Below are positions 1 to 7,525 of a stretch of DNA of 32,000 nucleotides, in pieces (position 1 is the first letter of the stretch; each line of letters begins with the position of its first letter). Where the stretch lies: NCBI RefSeq assembly GCF_000012285.1, contig NC_007181.1, positions 1,530,001-1,562,000 of the forward strand, given 5' to 3'. Source of the DNA: Sulfolobus acidocaldarius DSM 639 (GTDB lineage Archaea; Thermoproteota; Thermoprotei_A; Sulfolobales; Sulfolobaceae). The notes beneath the pieces are model-generated. The model saw only the letters and a list, made by a program, of their open reading frames with translations. It was not told the DNA's origin and searched no databases. The position numbers were made by a program, and so were the translations under genes.

Positions 1-1320
1 GGCAGTTGGTCTACCTTCATAGACCAATTAAATAACGGTACTCTCCCATCAGTATCATGGATTTTACCAAGTCCGACGACAGATATGGGTCCTCCTGCAA
101 ATGTGCTACAAGGTGAAATGTGGTTACTCTACATCGTTAATGCAGTAATGAGGAGCCCTGAGTGGAATAGTACCGCCATATTTATAACCTTCGATGAGGC
201 AGGAGGTTATTATGACCACGTACCTCCTCCTGTATTTCAAGGGCAACAGTTAGGTGAGAGAGTTCCTTTAATAGTTATATCACCTTACAGTAAGGAAGAT
301 TACGTCTCAAATACACTCTTAACCCACGCTAGTTTAATAGCCTTCATAGACTATAATTGGGGTTTACCAGCTCTTAACAAGTTTGTATTAAACAGTTATC
401 TCCCTCTCGATTTCTTCAATTTCACTCAACCTCCAAGACCTCCAATAAACATGTCAGGTTTTCCAATTCCCTCCTCACCTTATTTTACATTCAATAATAG
501 CGTTATACAGGAGTACAGTAATTTGGGTAAACTATTTCCTCTCCCACCACAAATACCATTTAATAAACTTGGTTATCAACGTTCAGGATCTACTAACCTC
601 ACTTTAGCCTCTATATCTTCGAAAGTTTACATAAGCAATGATGTGAGTTTCACTCCCCTATTCTTGACCCCTCAATTCTTATTATTAATTGGAAGTGTAC
701 AGTTGTTAGCGGTGATTGTCTCACAGAAGTATTCACTGAGAGAGTCAAGTAAGGTGATTAGAATGGTGGAGCAACTAGCCATATGTATTCTCGGTTTTCT
801 ATTAATCTCAAGCGTGGGAGGATCCATTCTAGATTTCATTGGTGTCATTGACTACGGAGGTTATGTGGGTGAATCCATACCAATTCTAGAGGGAGTAATC
901 ATAGGTATACTCGTCCTTAGTGTTGTAGGTTACCTTCTGAGTAAATTTATCAGGAGTTCTTGGATACCCATCTTGCTTACTGTGGTACTACCTATAATAG
1001 ACTACGTGATTTTCTATCTGGAAGCTAGCCAAATCTACGTATTTGGCGACACACTGTTAGGATTTGGCGCATTTCTTTCAGCCTCTCCTTCAATACTTAT
1101 TTCCTTCTTGGTCTCAAGGGAATTCAGCAAAAGAAAGTGGGTGTTAATCCCTGTTTTAGTAATCCTTTCATCTCTAACAACAGTTGTAATAGCGAACGAA
1201 TACATAGCACTAGGACAGCCAGGAATTTCCACTCTCTTATTGCCAATAACCTTAATTGCTGTTCCCTTTACTGCTGTCTTTAGTCTGATCAAGGTAATTA
1301 AAGTGAAGGTAGCAAAGTAA
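1..1320 (+). CDS. Phosphoesterase-family protein (phospholipase C / acid phosphatase superfamily) with a C-terminal polytopic membrane domain; 5' end lies upstream of the window
   Basis: Frame 1 is open from nt 1 (GSWSTFIDQLNNGTLPSVSWILPSPTTDMGPP...), so the listed ORF 85..1320 is only the in-window part. FITFDEAGGYYDHVPPP and GERVPLIVISPY resemble the conserved C-terminal core of the PF04185 phosphoesterase family. The last ~220 aa are consecutive hydrophobic helices. Confidence 0.75.
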   Translation, partial: GSWSTFIDQLNNGTLPSVSWILPSPTTDMGPPANVLQGEMWLLYIVNAVMRSPEWNSTAIFITFDEAGGYYDHVPPPVFQGQQLGERVPLIVISPYSKEDYVSNTLLTHASLIAFIDYNWGLPALNKFVLNSYLPLDFFNFTQPPRPPINMSGFPIPSSPYFTFNNSVIQEYSNLGKLFPLPPQIPFNKLGYQRSGSTNLTLASISSKVYISNDVSFTPLFLTPQFLLLIGSVQLLAVIVSQKYSLRESSKVIRMVEQLAICILGFLLISSVGGSILDFIGVIDYGGYVGESIPILEGVIIGILVLSVVGYLLSKFIRSSWIPILLTVVLPIIDYVIFYLEASQIYVFGDTLLGFGAFLSASPSILISFLVSREFSKRKWVLIPVLVILSSLTTVVIANEYIALGQPGISTLLLPITLIAVPFTAVFSLIKVIKVKVAK

Positions 1321-1349
1321 TTTGGCTAGAATTAAGCGAAGTTGAAGTA

Positions 1350-1372
1350 GAGGAAGAAGTTGTTTTTTCCTC
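1350..1372 (+). terminator. Hairpin plus oligo-T between convergent genes
   Basis: GAGGAA (1350-1355) pairs with TTCCTC (1367-1372). A T6 run lies at 1363-1368, directly after the stop at 1320. Archaeal termination commonly uses oligo-T tracts. Confidence 0.3.
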
Positions 1373-1394
1373 ACTCACTCTAATTTTTTCAATT

Positions 1395-2090
1395 TTAATT
1401 ACGTGTATATTTTTTCACAGCAACCGAATCTAAGCCAATTTTCACTAGTTTTTCATTTAATTTACTTACTAAACTACTTTCGCTCTCCTCTGTAAGCCAG
1501 TTGTTTACTCTGAGAGAGAATAACTTATCCAGTCTCAGTTTCCTCATATGTTCATAGACGTCGTTTAGTCTAGGTAGCCAGAAGTTTAGTGCTCCCTGTA
1601 TCTTATTTCTGTTCTCTCTTGAAAGTCTGATTATCTCGTTCTCGCTAAACATAGTGTGGTACTCGTCATCCTTTACTATACTTTTTGCCAACTTACTTAA
1701 TGGTTCGTATTCACAATCCATAAGTGAATTCATCAGAATTACGTTGTAGCTGTCAATTACGAAAACAAACGCCACGGCGTCCTCCCATGTAAATAAGGGC
1801 AAATTGAAGGGCTCTAACCTATGTAATCCAAGCCTCAGTTCTTGTAGCTCTTTAACCTTATCCTTTTCACCAAAGTCCTCGATCATACGAGACATCTGCC
1901 ATGCGTGATTCAGCTCATCTGCGACAAACCTAGCAGTGAATAGTCTGGAGTCCACAGTTGGGGAGTTAACTAGCCATGGAGATGTTTGCTCCACAATAGC
2001 TAGTTTAGAATCGGCGATCACAAAAATTAGATCTAAGAGCTCCGTCTTCAGCTCCTCATCTTTTATATCGCTGGGAGTTTTGATTGTCAT
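1395..2090 (-). CDS. Phenylacetic-acid-catabolic family protein (PaaC-like second ferritin-like subunit)
   Basis: 231 aa and paralogous to the upstream gene. Shared blocks include RFVADELNHAWQM vs RIMADEMRHGWQI, and LHRLEPFNLPLFTWEDAVAFVFVIDS vs KHRLDAFNMPFNLWEDTIAFTFLIDR. It starts 9 nt after the stop of the PaaA-like gene, so the two are probably co-transcribed. The second metal motif is altered (DDEYH instead of EEEFH). Confidence 0.7.
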   Translation of the reverse strand: MTIKTPSDIKDEELKTELLDLIFVIADSKLAIVEQTSPWLVNSPTVDSRLFTARFVADELNHAWQMSRMIEDFGEKDKVKELQELRLGLHRLEPFNLPLFTWEDAVAFVFVIDSYNVILMNSLMDCEYEPLSKLAKSIVKDDEYHTMFSENEIIRLSRENRNKIQGALNFWLPRLNDVYEHMRKLRLDKLFSLRVNNWLTEESESSLVSKLNEKLVKIGLDSVAVKKYTRN

Positions 2091-2099
2091 TATATGTCC

Positions 2100-2870
2100 C
2101 TAAAGAACTCTCCTGTTCTTGTAGGGATCAGGTAATTCTAAACCGAGAGGCGATACTAGTTCCTCTACGTCTTTCATATACATCTTTCTCATCTCCTCAT
2201 TACTCCACTTCTTTAAGCCGTATTTGTAAGCTAACTCAATAGTTCTAGATCTGGAATGCCCAAACATGTCTAAGCCCCTAGGGTACCATTTATTAATTAA
2301 CTTTTGGGCTATGTCCCTCTTTCCGCTCTCTACGAGCCTCTTTATTCCAGTGTAGCCAAAGTTTATGTGAAACTCCTCCTCCATCAGCATTGTTGGTATT
2401 ATCCTTGAGAGGGGACCAAAACTTGAATCTTCAAAAGCCATTAATTGGTAAAGACCGACCCTGTCAATTAAGAACGTGAAGGCTATTGTATCCTCCCATA
2501 AGTTGAAAGGCATGTTAAAGGCGTCTAACCTGTGCTTACCCATCCTAGTGGCTAGGAGTTCCTCCGCGATTCTTTTCCCCGGTTCGCCAAACTCCTTGAG
2601 CACTTGTATGATCTGCCATCCGTGTCTCATTTCGTCTGCCATAATTCTTGCTATGGTAACCCTTTCGGTGAGACTAGGGGCGTGAAATAGCCAATATAGG
2701 TGTTGTTCAATTGAGGCAAATTCAGTATCCCCTTGGACACTCAATAATTTTAATAGAACCTCCACAGCCTCCTGTGGCAACTCGTAAACTGACTCAAACT
2801 TCCTAATACCTGTGAAGTCGCCCCAGTTAATAACCCTCTTTGGTTTCTTATACTCCCACTTTGTTACCAT
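2100..2870 (-). CDS. PaaA-like ferritin-fold di-iron oxygenase subunit (1,2-phenylacetyl-CoA epoxidase family, PF05138-like)
   Basis: 256 aa. It has paired carboxylate/His motifs typical of di-iron four-helix-bundle oxygenases (ADEMRHG and MEEEFH), and its overall pattern resembles PaaA. A TATA-like TTATATA lies on the minus strand at 2893-2899, about 26 nt upstream of the ATG. Confidence 0.75.
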   Translation of the reverse strand: MVTKWEYKKPKRVINWGDFTGIRKFESVYELPQEAVEVLLKLLSVQGDTEFASIEQHLYWLFHAPSLTERVTIARIMADEMRHGWQIIQVLKEFGEPGKRIAEELLATRMGKHRLDAFNMPFNLWEDTIAFTFLIDRVGLYQLMAFEDSSFGPLSRIIPTMLMEEEFHINFGYTGIKRLVESGKRDIAQKLINKWYPRGLDMFGHSRSRTIELAYKYGLKKWSNEEMRKMYMKDVEELVSPLGLELPDPYKNRRVL

Positions 2871-2890
2871 GTTATAACTTTCACATTTTG

Positions 2891-2985
2891 CGTATATAAC
2901 GCTTTCTATACGTGTTACGTTTTTAGCGAAAATCTTGTAATTTTTGAGATTTATGAATAATTTCTATACGTTTATTTTACGCGCA
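2891..2985. promoter_or_regulatory. Divergent promoter region with repeated TTTCTATACGT / TATACG elements between two TATA boxes
   Basis: TTTCTATACGT occurs twice as a direct repeat (2903-2913 and 2961-2971). CGTATA (2891-2896) is inverted relative to TATACG (2907-2912). The TATA boxes are at 2893-2899 (minus, PaaA-like gene) and 3002-3010 (plus, crotonase gene). Confidence 0.45.
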
Positions 2986-3032
2986 TTAAACATAACATAA
3001 AATATATAAATAAGGAATTACAGTCATCTATC

Positions 3033-3836
3033 ATGGGTCTGTCAGAGTTATCACCAAAGTTCTTCAAGATAGAAGTGGAAGACGGAGTAGGTATAGTGAA
3101 GCTAAATAGACCTCCAGCAAACGCTCATAATCTGGAAATGCTAAGAGAGCTTGATAACATAATAGTGGAGTCGAGGTTTGATGACAATGTAAAGGTTATA
3201 GTGATAACCAGCAATACTCCTAGATTTTTCTCTGCTGGGTTCGATATAAACGAGATAAAGGACAAATCCCCTGAGTACATTGGTCTATCCAGCCAGTACA
3301 GTAAGGAAGTTATGCTTAGGATGATGTCTACGAGGAAGCTGATAATAGCCTCTATAAACGGACATTGTATGGGTGGTGGATTGGAACTAGCAATGGCTTG
3401 CGATATAAGGTTCATTGCCAATGACGATAACATTAAATTAGGTATGCCAGAGGTCTCTAACCTTGCTCTTATCCCAGGGGAAGGAGGAACACAATTTTTA
3501 GCTAGGATAGTAGGTAGGTCTAAGGCGATATATCTTATGACTACAGGCAAGACTCTTACTCCAAAGGAAGCCTATGAGTTGGGACTTGTTGAGCGACTCG
3601 TGGAACCAGAGAAGTTGTATACAGAAACCATGGACTTTGCAAGGAAGGTTGCTAGTGGTCCTGCTAAGGCAGTGGGATTTGCGAAGTTGGCTGTTAATGA
3701 AGGTTTAGATATACCTCTGTACACTGCTTTTGCACTAGAGAGAGAAATGCAGAATCAGGCGTTAGCCTCAGAAGATGCCAAGGAGGGTGCAAGGGCATTC
3801 TTTGAAAAGAGGAAACCAGTGTTCAGGGGCAAATAG
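3033..3836 (+). CDS. Enoyl-CoA hydratase/isomerase (crotonase superfamily)
   Basis: 267 aa. Crotonase hallmarks are FSAGFDINE, INGHCMGGGLELAMACDIR and LPGEGGTQ-like IPGEGGTQFLARIVG, with a C-terminal EGARAFFEKRKPVF. Confidence 0.9.
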   Translation: MGLSELSPKFFKIEVEDGVGIVKLNRPPANAHNLEMLRELDNIIVESRFDDNVKVIVITSNTPRFFSAGFDINEIKDKSPEYIGLSSQYSKEVMLRMMSTRKLIIASINGHCMGGGLELAMACDIRFIANDDNIKLGMPEVSNLALIPGEGGTQFLARIVGRSKAIYLMTTGKTLTPKEAYELGLVERLVEPEKLYTETMDFARKVASGPAKAVGFAKLAVNEGLDIPLYTAFALEREMQNQALASEDAKEGARAFFEKRKPVFRGK

Positions 3837-4021
3837 TTAAAGTTATTTTAACATTATATTGATCTTAGCTTCCAAAACAACTCCACTCCACACTTGAGGG
3901 ACAACAAATGTCAACACATTTTAAGTTAGTTGAGGAAGTCCGTTTTATGGCTAAACAAGTCTATAACTGTTCTCTTTCCTCTTTTTGTTGAAGCTCTCTA
4001 ACGTTCATCGCTATCGGAAGT

Positions 4022-5308
4022 TTAAAAAATCTCGTAAAACACTCTTTCTGAAGATATCAGGTATAAAAAGATGGATATGGGCATTATTACCTTGTTGTCT
4101 TTCATCCCTATTTCATCGAGACTTAATATGTACCCCTCACTTAACCTTAAGTCGTTATAGTTTGCACTCCCATACTTCACCTCCACTCCCACATTTCTTA
4201 CCACAAAGTCAACTTCCTTACCGCTCTTAGTGAAAGTATATCCAACTTCACGTCCGTACTCTCTAGCCAAATGTTCACCTACTATTCCCTCAACGACTCT
4301 GGGCAACTCCTCCCTACTGATATCACCGATTCCTCTGGTATACATTTTCATAACCCTGTATATAAAGGGGTCAATAAAGTAAACCTTCTTAAAGGATTTA
4401 TTGTTAAAGTGTCCGTTCTCGATTTTCCTGAACACTCTGAAAGTGAATAAATTTTCACCCAGCTCAAGGTAGCTCTTAACCGTATTGTGTGAACCTATTG
4501 AGGTCTTTTTTGCTATGGTGTTTTCGGAGATTCTGCTACCAAGAGAGTCAATTATCTCCCCTATAATATCAATAAATATTCTCTCGTCCCTGCCTAATTT
4601 CGCTAAATCGCTTAATGTTGCATCCTTATAGACACTATATAACTCTAATGGGTTATCGATTAAGTTTGTGGCTAGAAAGCCTCCTCTTTCAACGTATCTT
4701 AATAACGCAGTATTTAACTCCTGTAAGTATGGTAATAAGTCTTTAGCCTTCTCATAACTTTCCTTAAGGTTGAACAGGTTTATCCTGTCTACGTTGATCT
4801 TATTTTGGAAGAATACGTTGAAATAAGTCCTAAAGTCAAGTGGGTAAAAGACTAATTTCTTTAGTGGTCTTCCTGGTAGTGTCTCCTTCATTAAGTACAT
4901 TGACGTAGATCCAGTAACGTAAACTATTGAGTCTCTAAAGTATCCAGCATTAAATAAGTGTAGAAGCCCAACATTCCAGTCCTTTACAAAGGTTATCTCG
5001 TCAAGGAAGATGTAACCATTGTTGGGATTAATTAAATTCCTGTACTCATGTATTAGCTCTATTAGGTCTTCCATGTCCCTCATAGAATCGCATGAGAAGA
5101 AAAGGGCTTTTTTAGGATTAGCCTCGCTCTCTAGAACCTCCATTATGGTAGTCTTCAGAAAGGTCGTCTTGCCTACCTGCCTGGGACCCAGTAACAGAAT
5201 GTTCTCTCGGATGGGAGGTATTCTATAAGGGGAATTAGCTACCTTTCTCACTGTTTCGTCCTCATAAATTTTGCTCTTATCACTCCACCAAGGGTTTTGA
5301 AAGACCAT
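4022..5308 (-). CDS. AAA ATPase (AAA_14/DUF4143-type 'archaeal ATPase') with a C-terminal PD-(D/E)xK nuclease-like motif
   Basis: Walker A is LLLGPRQVGKTT and Walker B is GYIFLDEITF. The C-terminal GKEVDFVVRNVGVEVKYG (nt 4175-4216) gives a D...ExK signature. The track ORF starts at GTG 5326. The ATG at 5308 (MVFQNPWW...) is the more likely start. Confidence 0.8.
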   Translation of the reverse strand: MVFQNPWWSDKSKIYEDETVRKVANSPYRIPPIRENILLLGPRQVGKTTFLKTTIMEVLESEANPKKALFFSCDSMRDMEDLIELIHEYRNLINPNNGYIFLDEITFVKDWNVGLLHLFNAGYFRDSIVYVTGSTSMYLMKETLPGRPLKKLVFYPLDFRTYFNVFFQNKINVDRINLFNLKESYEKAKDLLPYLQELNTALLRYVERGGFLATNLIDNPLELYSVYKDATLSDLAKLGRDERIFIDIIGEIIDSLGSRISENTIAKKTSIGSHNTVKSYLELGENLFTFRVFRKIENGHFNNKSFKKVYFIDPFIYRVMKMYTRGIGDISREELPRVVEGIVGEHLAREYGREVGYTFTKSGKEVDFVVRNVGVEVKYGSANYNDLRLSEGYILSLDEIGMKDNKVIMPISIFLYLISSERVFYEIF

Positions 5309-5339
5309 TCGTGATATGAGTGACACATTGTTAATGTAT

Positions 5340-5412
5340 TGACAAGTTTAATATAAACTTTGTCATTGGTTGACAACTTTAAGGTAAAACTTGTCATAAG
5401 AGTGACAAGTTT
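5340..5412. repeat. Array of five TGACAAGTTT-type 10-mers in alternating orientation (iterons/operators) upstream of the ATPase gene
   Basis: TGACAAGTTT 5340-5349 (+). AAACTTTGTCA 5355-5365 (inverted, 1-nt insertion). TGACAACTTT 5371-5380 (+, 1 mismatch). AAACTTGTCA 5387-5396 (exact inverted copy). TGACAAGTTT 5403-5412 (+, exact). A degenerate TGACACATT lies at 5321-5329. Confidence 0.7.
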
Positions 5413-5610
5413 AGGAAATCTAATCAGTTTATATAAACCATCTTACTAACGCATTACTCCATGTCTGAAGAAAGGAGTTAATGATCTCCCCAAGACCAGT
5501 AGTTCTTGTTTTGATCATTTAGATAAAAAGTTCCTGCTCTACGAATCTGTGGACCCATGTTAATCCTCAAAACTCCTCCTGATTGGGGTCATTGTAACAG
5601 TAGTTTGATA

Positions 5611-5640
5611 TATACGACAATTTTACGTATAACAATTTTA
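5611..5640. promoter_or_regulatory. Palindromic operator-like site upstream of the aromatic-CoA ligase promoter
   Basis: TATACGacaattttaCGTATA (5611-5631) is an inverted repeat. ACAATTTTA is directly repeated at 5616-5624 and 5632-5640. The site shares TATACGnnnATTTTACG with 2965-2981. Confidence 0.4.
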
Positions 5641-5690
5641 GAATAAAATACTTAAATACTGAATTATAAAAAATATATTTAGGAAATAGC

Positions 5691-7271
5691 ATGAGCAGTA
5701 AGTATGGGGACATTTTAAATGTAACAGATGCTATTTTCTCGAAAAGGAGTAATGAGCTAGGGAGACCTGCTATATACTACAAAGACGAGATATGGACCTA
5801 TAGGAGGTTGATAGACGAAATAAATAGAGTAGGTAATGCATTGAAGAAGTTCTTAGAGAGAGAACAGAGACTCCTCATGATTTCTTATGACTCGCCATAC
5901 TTCATATCAGTGTTTTATGGCGCAATGAAAATAGGAGCCTTCCCAATTCCAGTTAATACATTTACAATACCCGATGACCACATATTCTACTTGGAGGACA
6001 GTAAAGCTAAAGTCCTAGTCGTAGAGCCTGAAATTTGGGACAGGCTAGCCAGTAAATTAAACGGTAGAACTGAGGAGTTGAAGTATGTCATGATATTGCC
6101 CGGAGGACATAGGGAACAGTTACATATTTCCCCTCACCCAGCTAAGGTTATGCTGTATGAGGATATAGTCCCCCACGAATCCACTGACTTAAATCCAGCA
6201 AAGACGTCCCCTGACGAACCTGCATTTGGACTATACACTTCAGGGAGCACAGGGCATCCCAAGTGTGCTGTCCATCTCCACAAGGACATAATAGTTGTTT
6301 TAAATACATACGTTAAGAACGTTCTGAAAATTAATGAAAATGATAAGCTCTTTAGCGCGTCAAAGCTCTTCTTCGCATATGGGCTAGGTAACTCCTCTTA
6401 TTTTGCCTTCGGAAATGGTGCATCAGTGGTCTTAATGCCTGAGAGAGTAGAACCAAAGAGAGTCCTTCATTATATCCAGACATATAAACCCACAATATTC
6501 TTCGCAGTTCCGACAATTTACAACTCTCTACTTAACGTGGAGGAGTGGAAAAAATATGATTTAAGCTCAATAAGGCTTTGCGTATCAGCAGGAGAGCCAT
6601 TACCTGGAAAAATTTATGAAGAGTGGAAGAAGAGGTATGTTGTTGAGATCTTAGACGGAATAGGTTCAACGGAAGCTCTTCACATATACATATCGAACTT
6701 TCCTGGAGAATCAAGACCTAACTGCACGGGAAAAGTAGTCCCTGGCTATGAGGTTAAAATAGTTGACGAAAATGGTAACCAGGTTAAGGCTGGGGAAATA
6801 GGTGACTTGTATGTGAAAGGTGACAGTGTAGCCATGTATTATTTACACAAGTATGAGGACACCAGAAAAAACATGCAAGGTTATTGGTTTAGAAGTGGAG
6901 ACAAATTTTACTTTGACGATAATGGATATTTGTACTATATCGGGAGGTCTGACGACATGATCAAAGCAGGGGGTATGTGGATTTCCCCCATTGAGGTGGA
7001 GTCAGTTATACTCACCCATGAAGCAGTGCTAGAGGCAGCAGTTGTGGGAATAAAGGATGAGGTGGGATTGACTAAGGTGGTCGCTTTTGTTGTACCTAAG
7101 CAGGGATATGAGGCTAATGAAAAATTAGAGGAGGGAATAAAGGAGTATTTGAAGGGCAAACTTCCTTCGTATAAAATACCAAAACAGATTAGGTTTGTTA
7201 ATGAATTACCTAAGACAGCTACAGGAAAGATTCAACGTTATAAGTTCAGAACCGGTGAAGTGAAATCTTAA
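5691..7271 (+). CDS. Aromatic-acid--CoA ligase (benzoate / 4-hydroxybenzoate-CoA ligase family, ANL superfamily)
   Basis: 526 aa. The AMP-binding motif is YTSGSTGHPKCAVHLH. The block EILDGIGSTEALHIYISN closely resembles the DGIGSTEMLHIFLSN block characteristic of the benzoate/4-HBA-CoA ligase clade. The C-terminal PKTATGKIQRYK is also present. A TATA-like TTATAAAAAA lies at 5664-5673. Confidence 0.85.
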   Translation: MSSKYGDILNVTDAIFSKRSNELGRPAIYYKDEIWTYRRLIDEINRVGNALKKFLEREQRLLMISYDSPYFISVFYGAMKIGAFPIPVNTFTIPDDHIFYLEDSKAKVLVVEPEIWDRLASKLNGRTEELKYVMILPGGHREQLHISPHPAKVMLYEDIVPHESTDLNPAKTSPDEPAFGLYTSGSTGHPKCAVHLHKDIIVVLNTYVKNVLKINENDKLFSASKLFFAYGLGNSSYFAFGNGASVVLMPERVEPKRVLHYIQTYKPTIFFAVPTIYNSLLNVEEWKKYDLSSIRLCVSAGEPLPGKIYEEWKKRYVVEILDGIGSTEALHIYISNFPGESRPNCTGKVVPGYEVKIVDENGNQVKAGEIGDLYVKGDSVAMYYLHKYEDTRKNMQGYWFRSGDKFYFDDNGYLYYIGRSDDMIKAGGMWISPIEVESVILTHEAVLEAAVVGIKDEVGLTKVVAFVVPKQGYEANEKLEEGIKEYLKGKLPSYKIPKQIRFVNELPKTATGKIQRYKFRTGEVKS

Positions 7272-7525
7272 GTATTATTGTCCAACCACTAGGAGATGTA
7301 TGTTAACATGTTGTTACTGAATATTATGACTAAAAATTTAAATTTTTACTTATCTTTGTGAAGAATGTGATATTATGAAGGTTTCAAATATTTCTGACGT
7401 ATTTATATTCACACATAATTTTACACAAGATTGTGTATTATGTCGTCTTTCTAAATCAAAAATAAAAAGTATGACATTCGAGGGAGAGATATCTAAATTA
7501 ATTTCTGTTGCATTAAGTGAGTAAT

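Noticed and set aside
3125-3550. 141-aa antisense ORF inside the crotonase gene; similar cases at 1035..1292, 2476..2685, 5019..5228, 6532..6714, 6935..7159, 7632..7829, 7891..8158, 12107..12307
   Set aside because: Each lies wholly within a gene that has strong family motifs on the other strand or frame. None has motifs or its own promoter-like sequence.
3985-4230. 81-aa plus-strand ORF
   Set aside because: It overlaps the 3' end of the AAA ATPase gene in antisense, including the region encoding the D...ExK motif. Its composition (Leu/Ser/Pro/His-rich) is implausible.
7375-7524. 49-codon ORF upstream of paaX as a real gene
   Set aside because: It is too short and has no motif or clear promoter. 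It is reported only as a curiosity within the regulatory-region finding.
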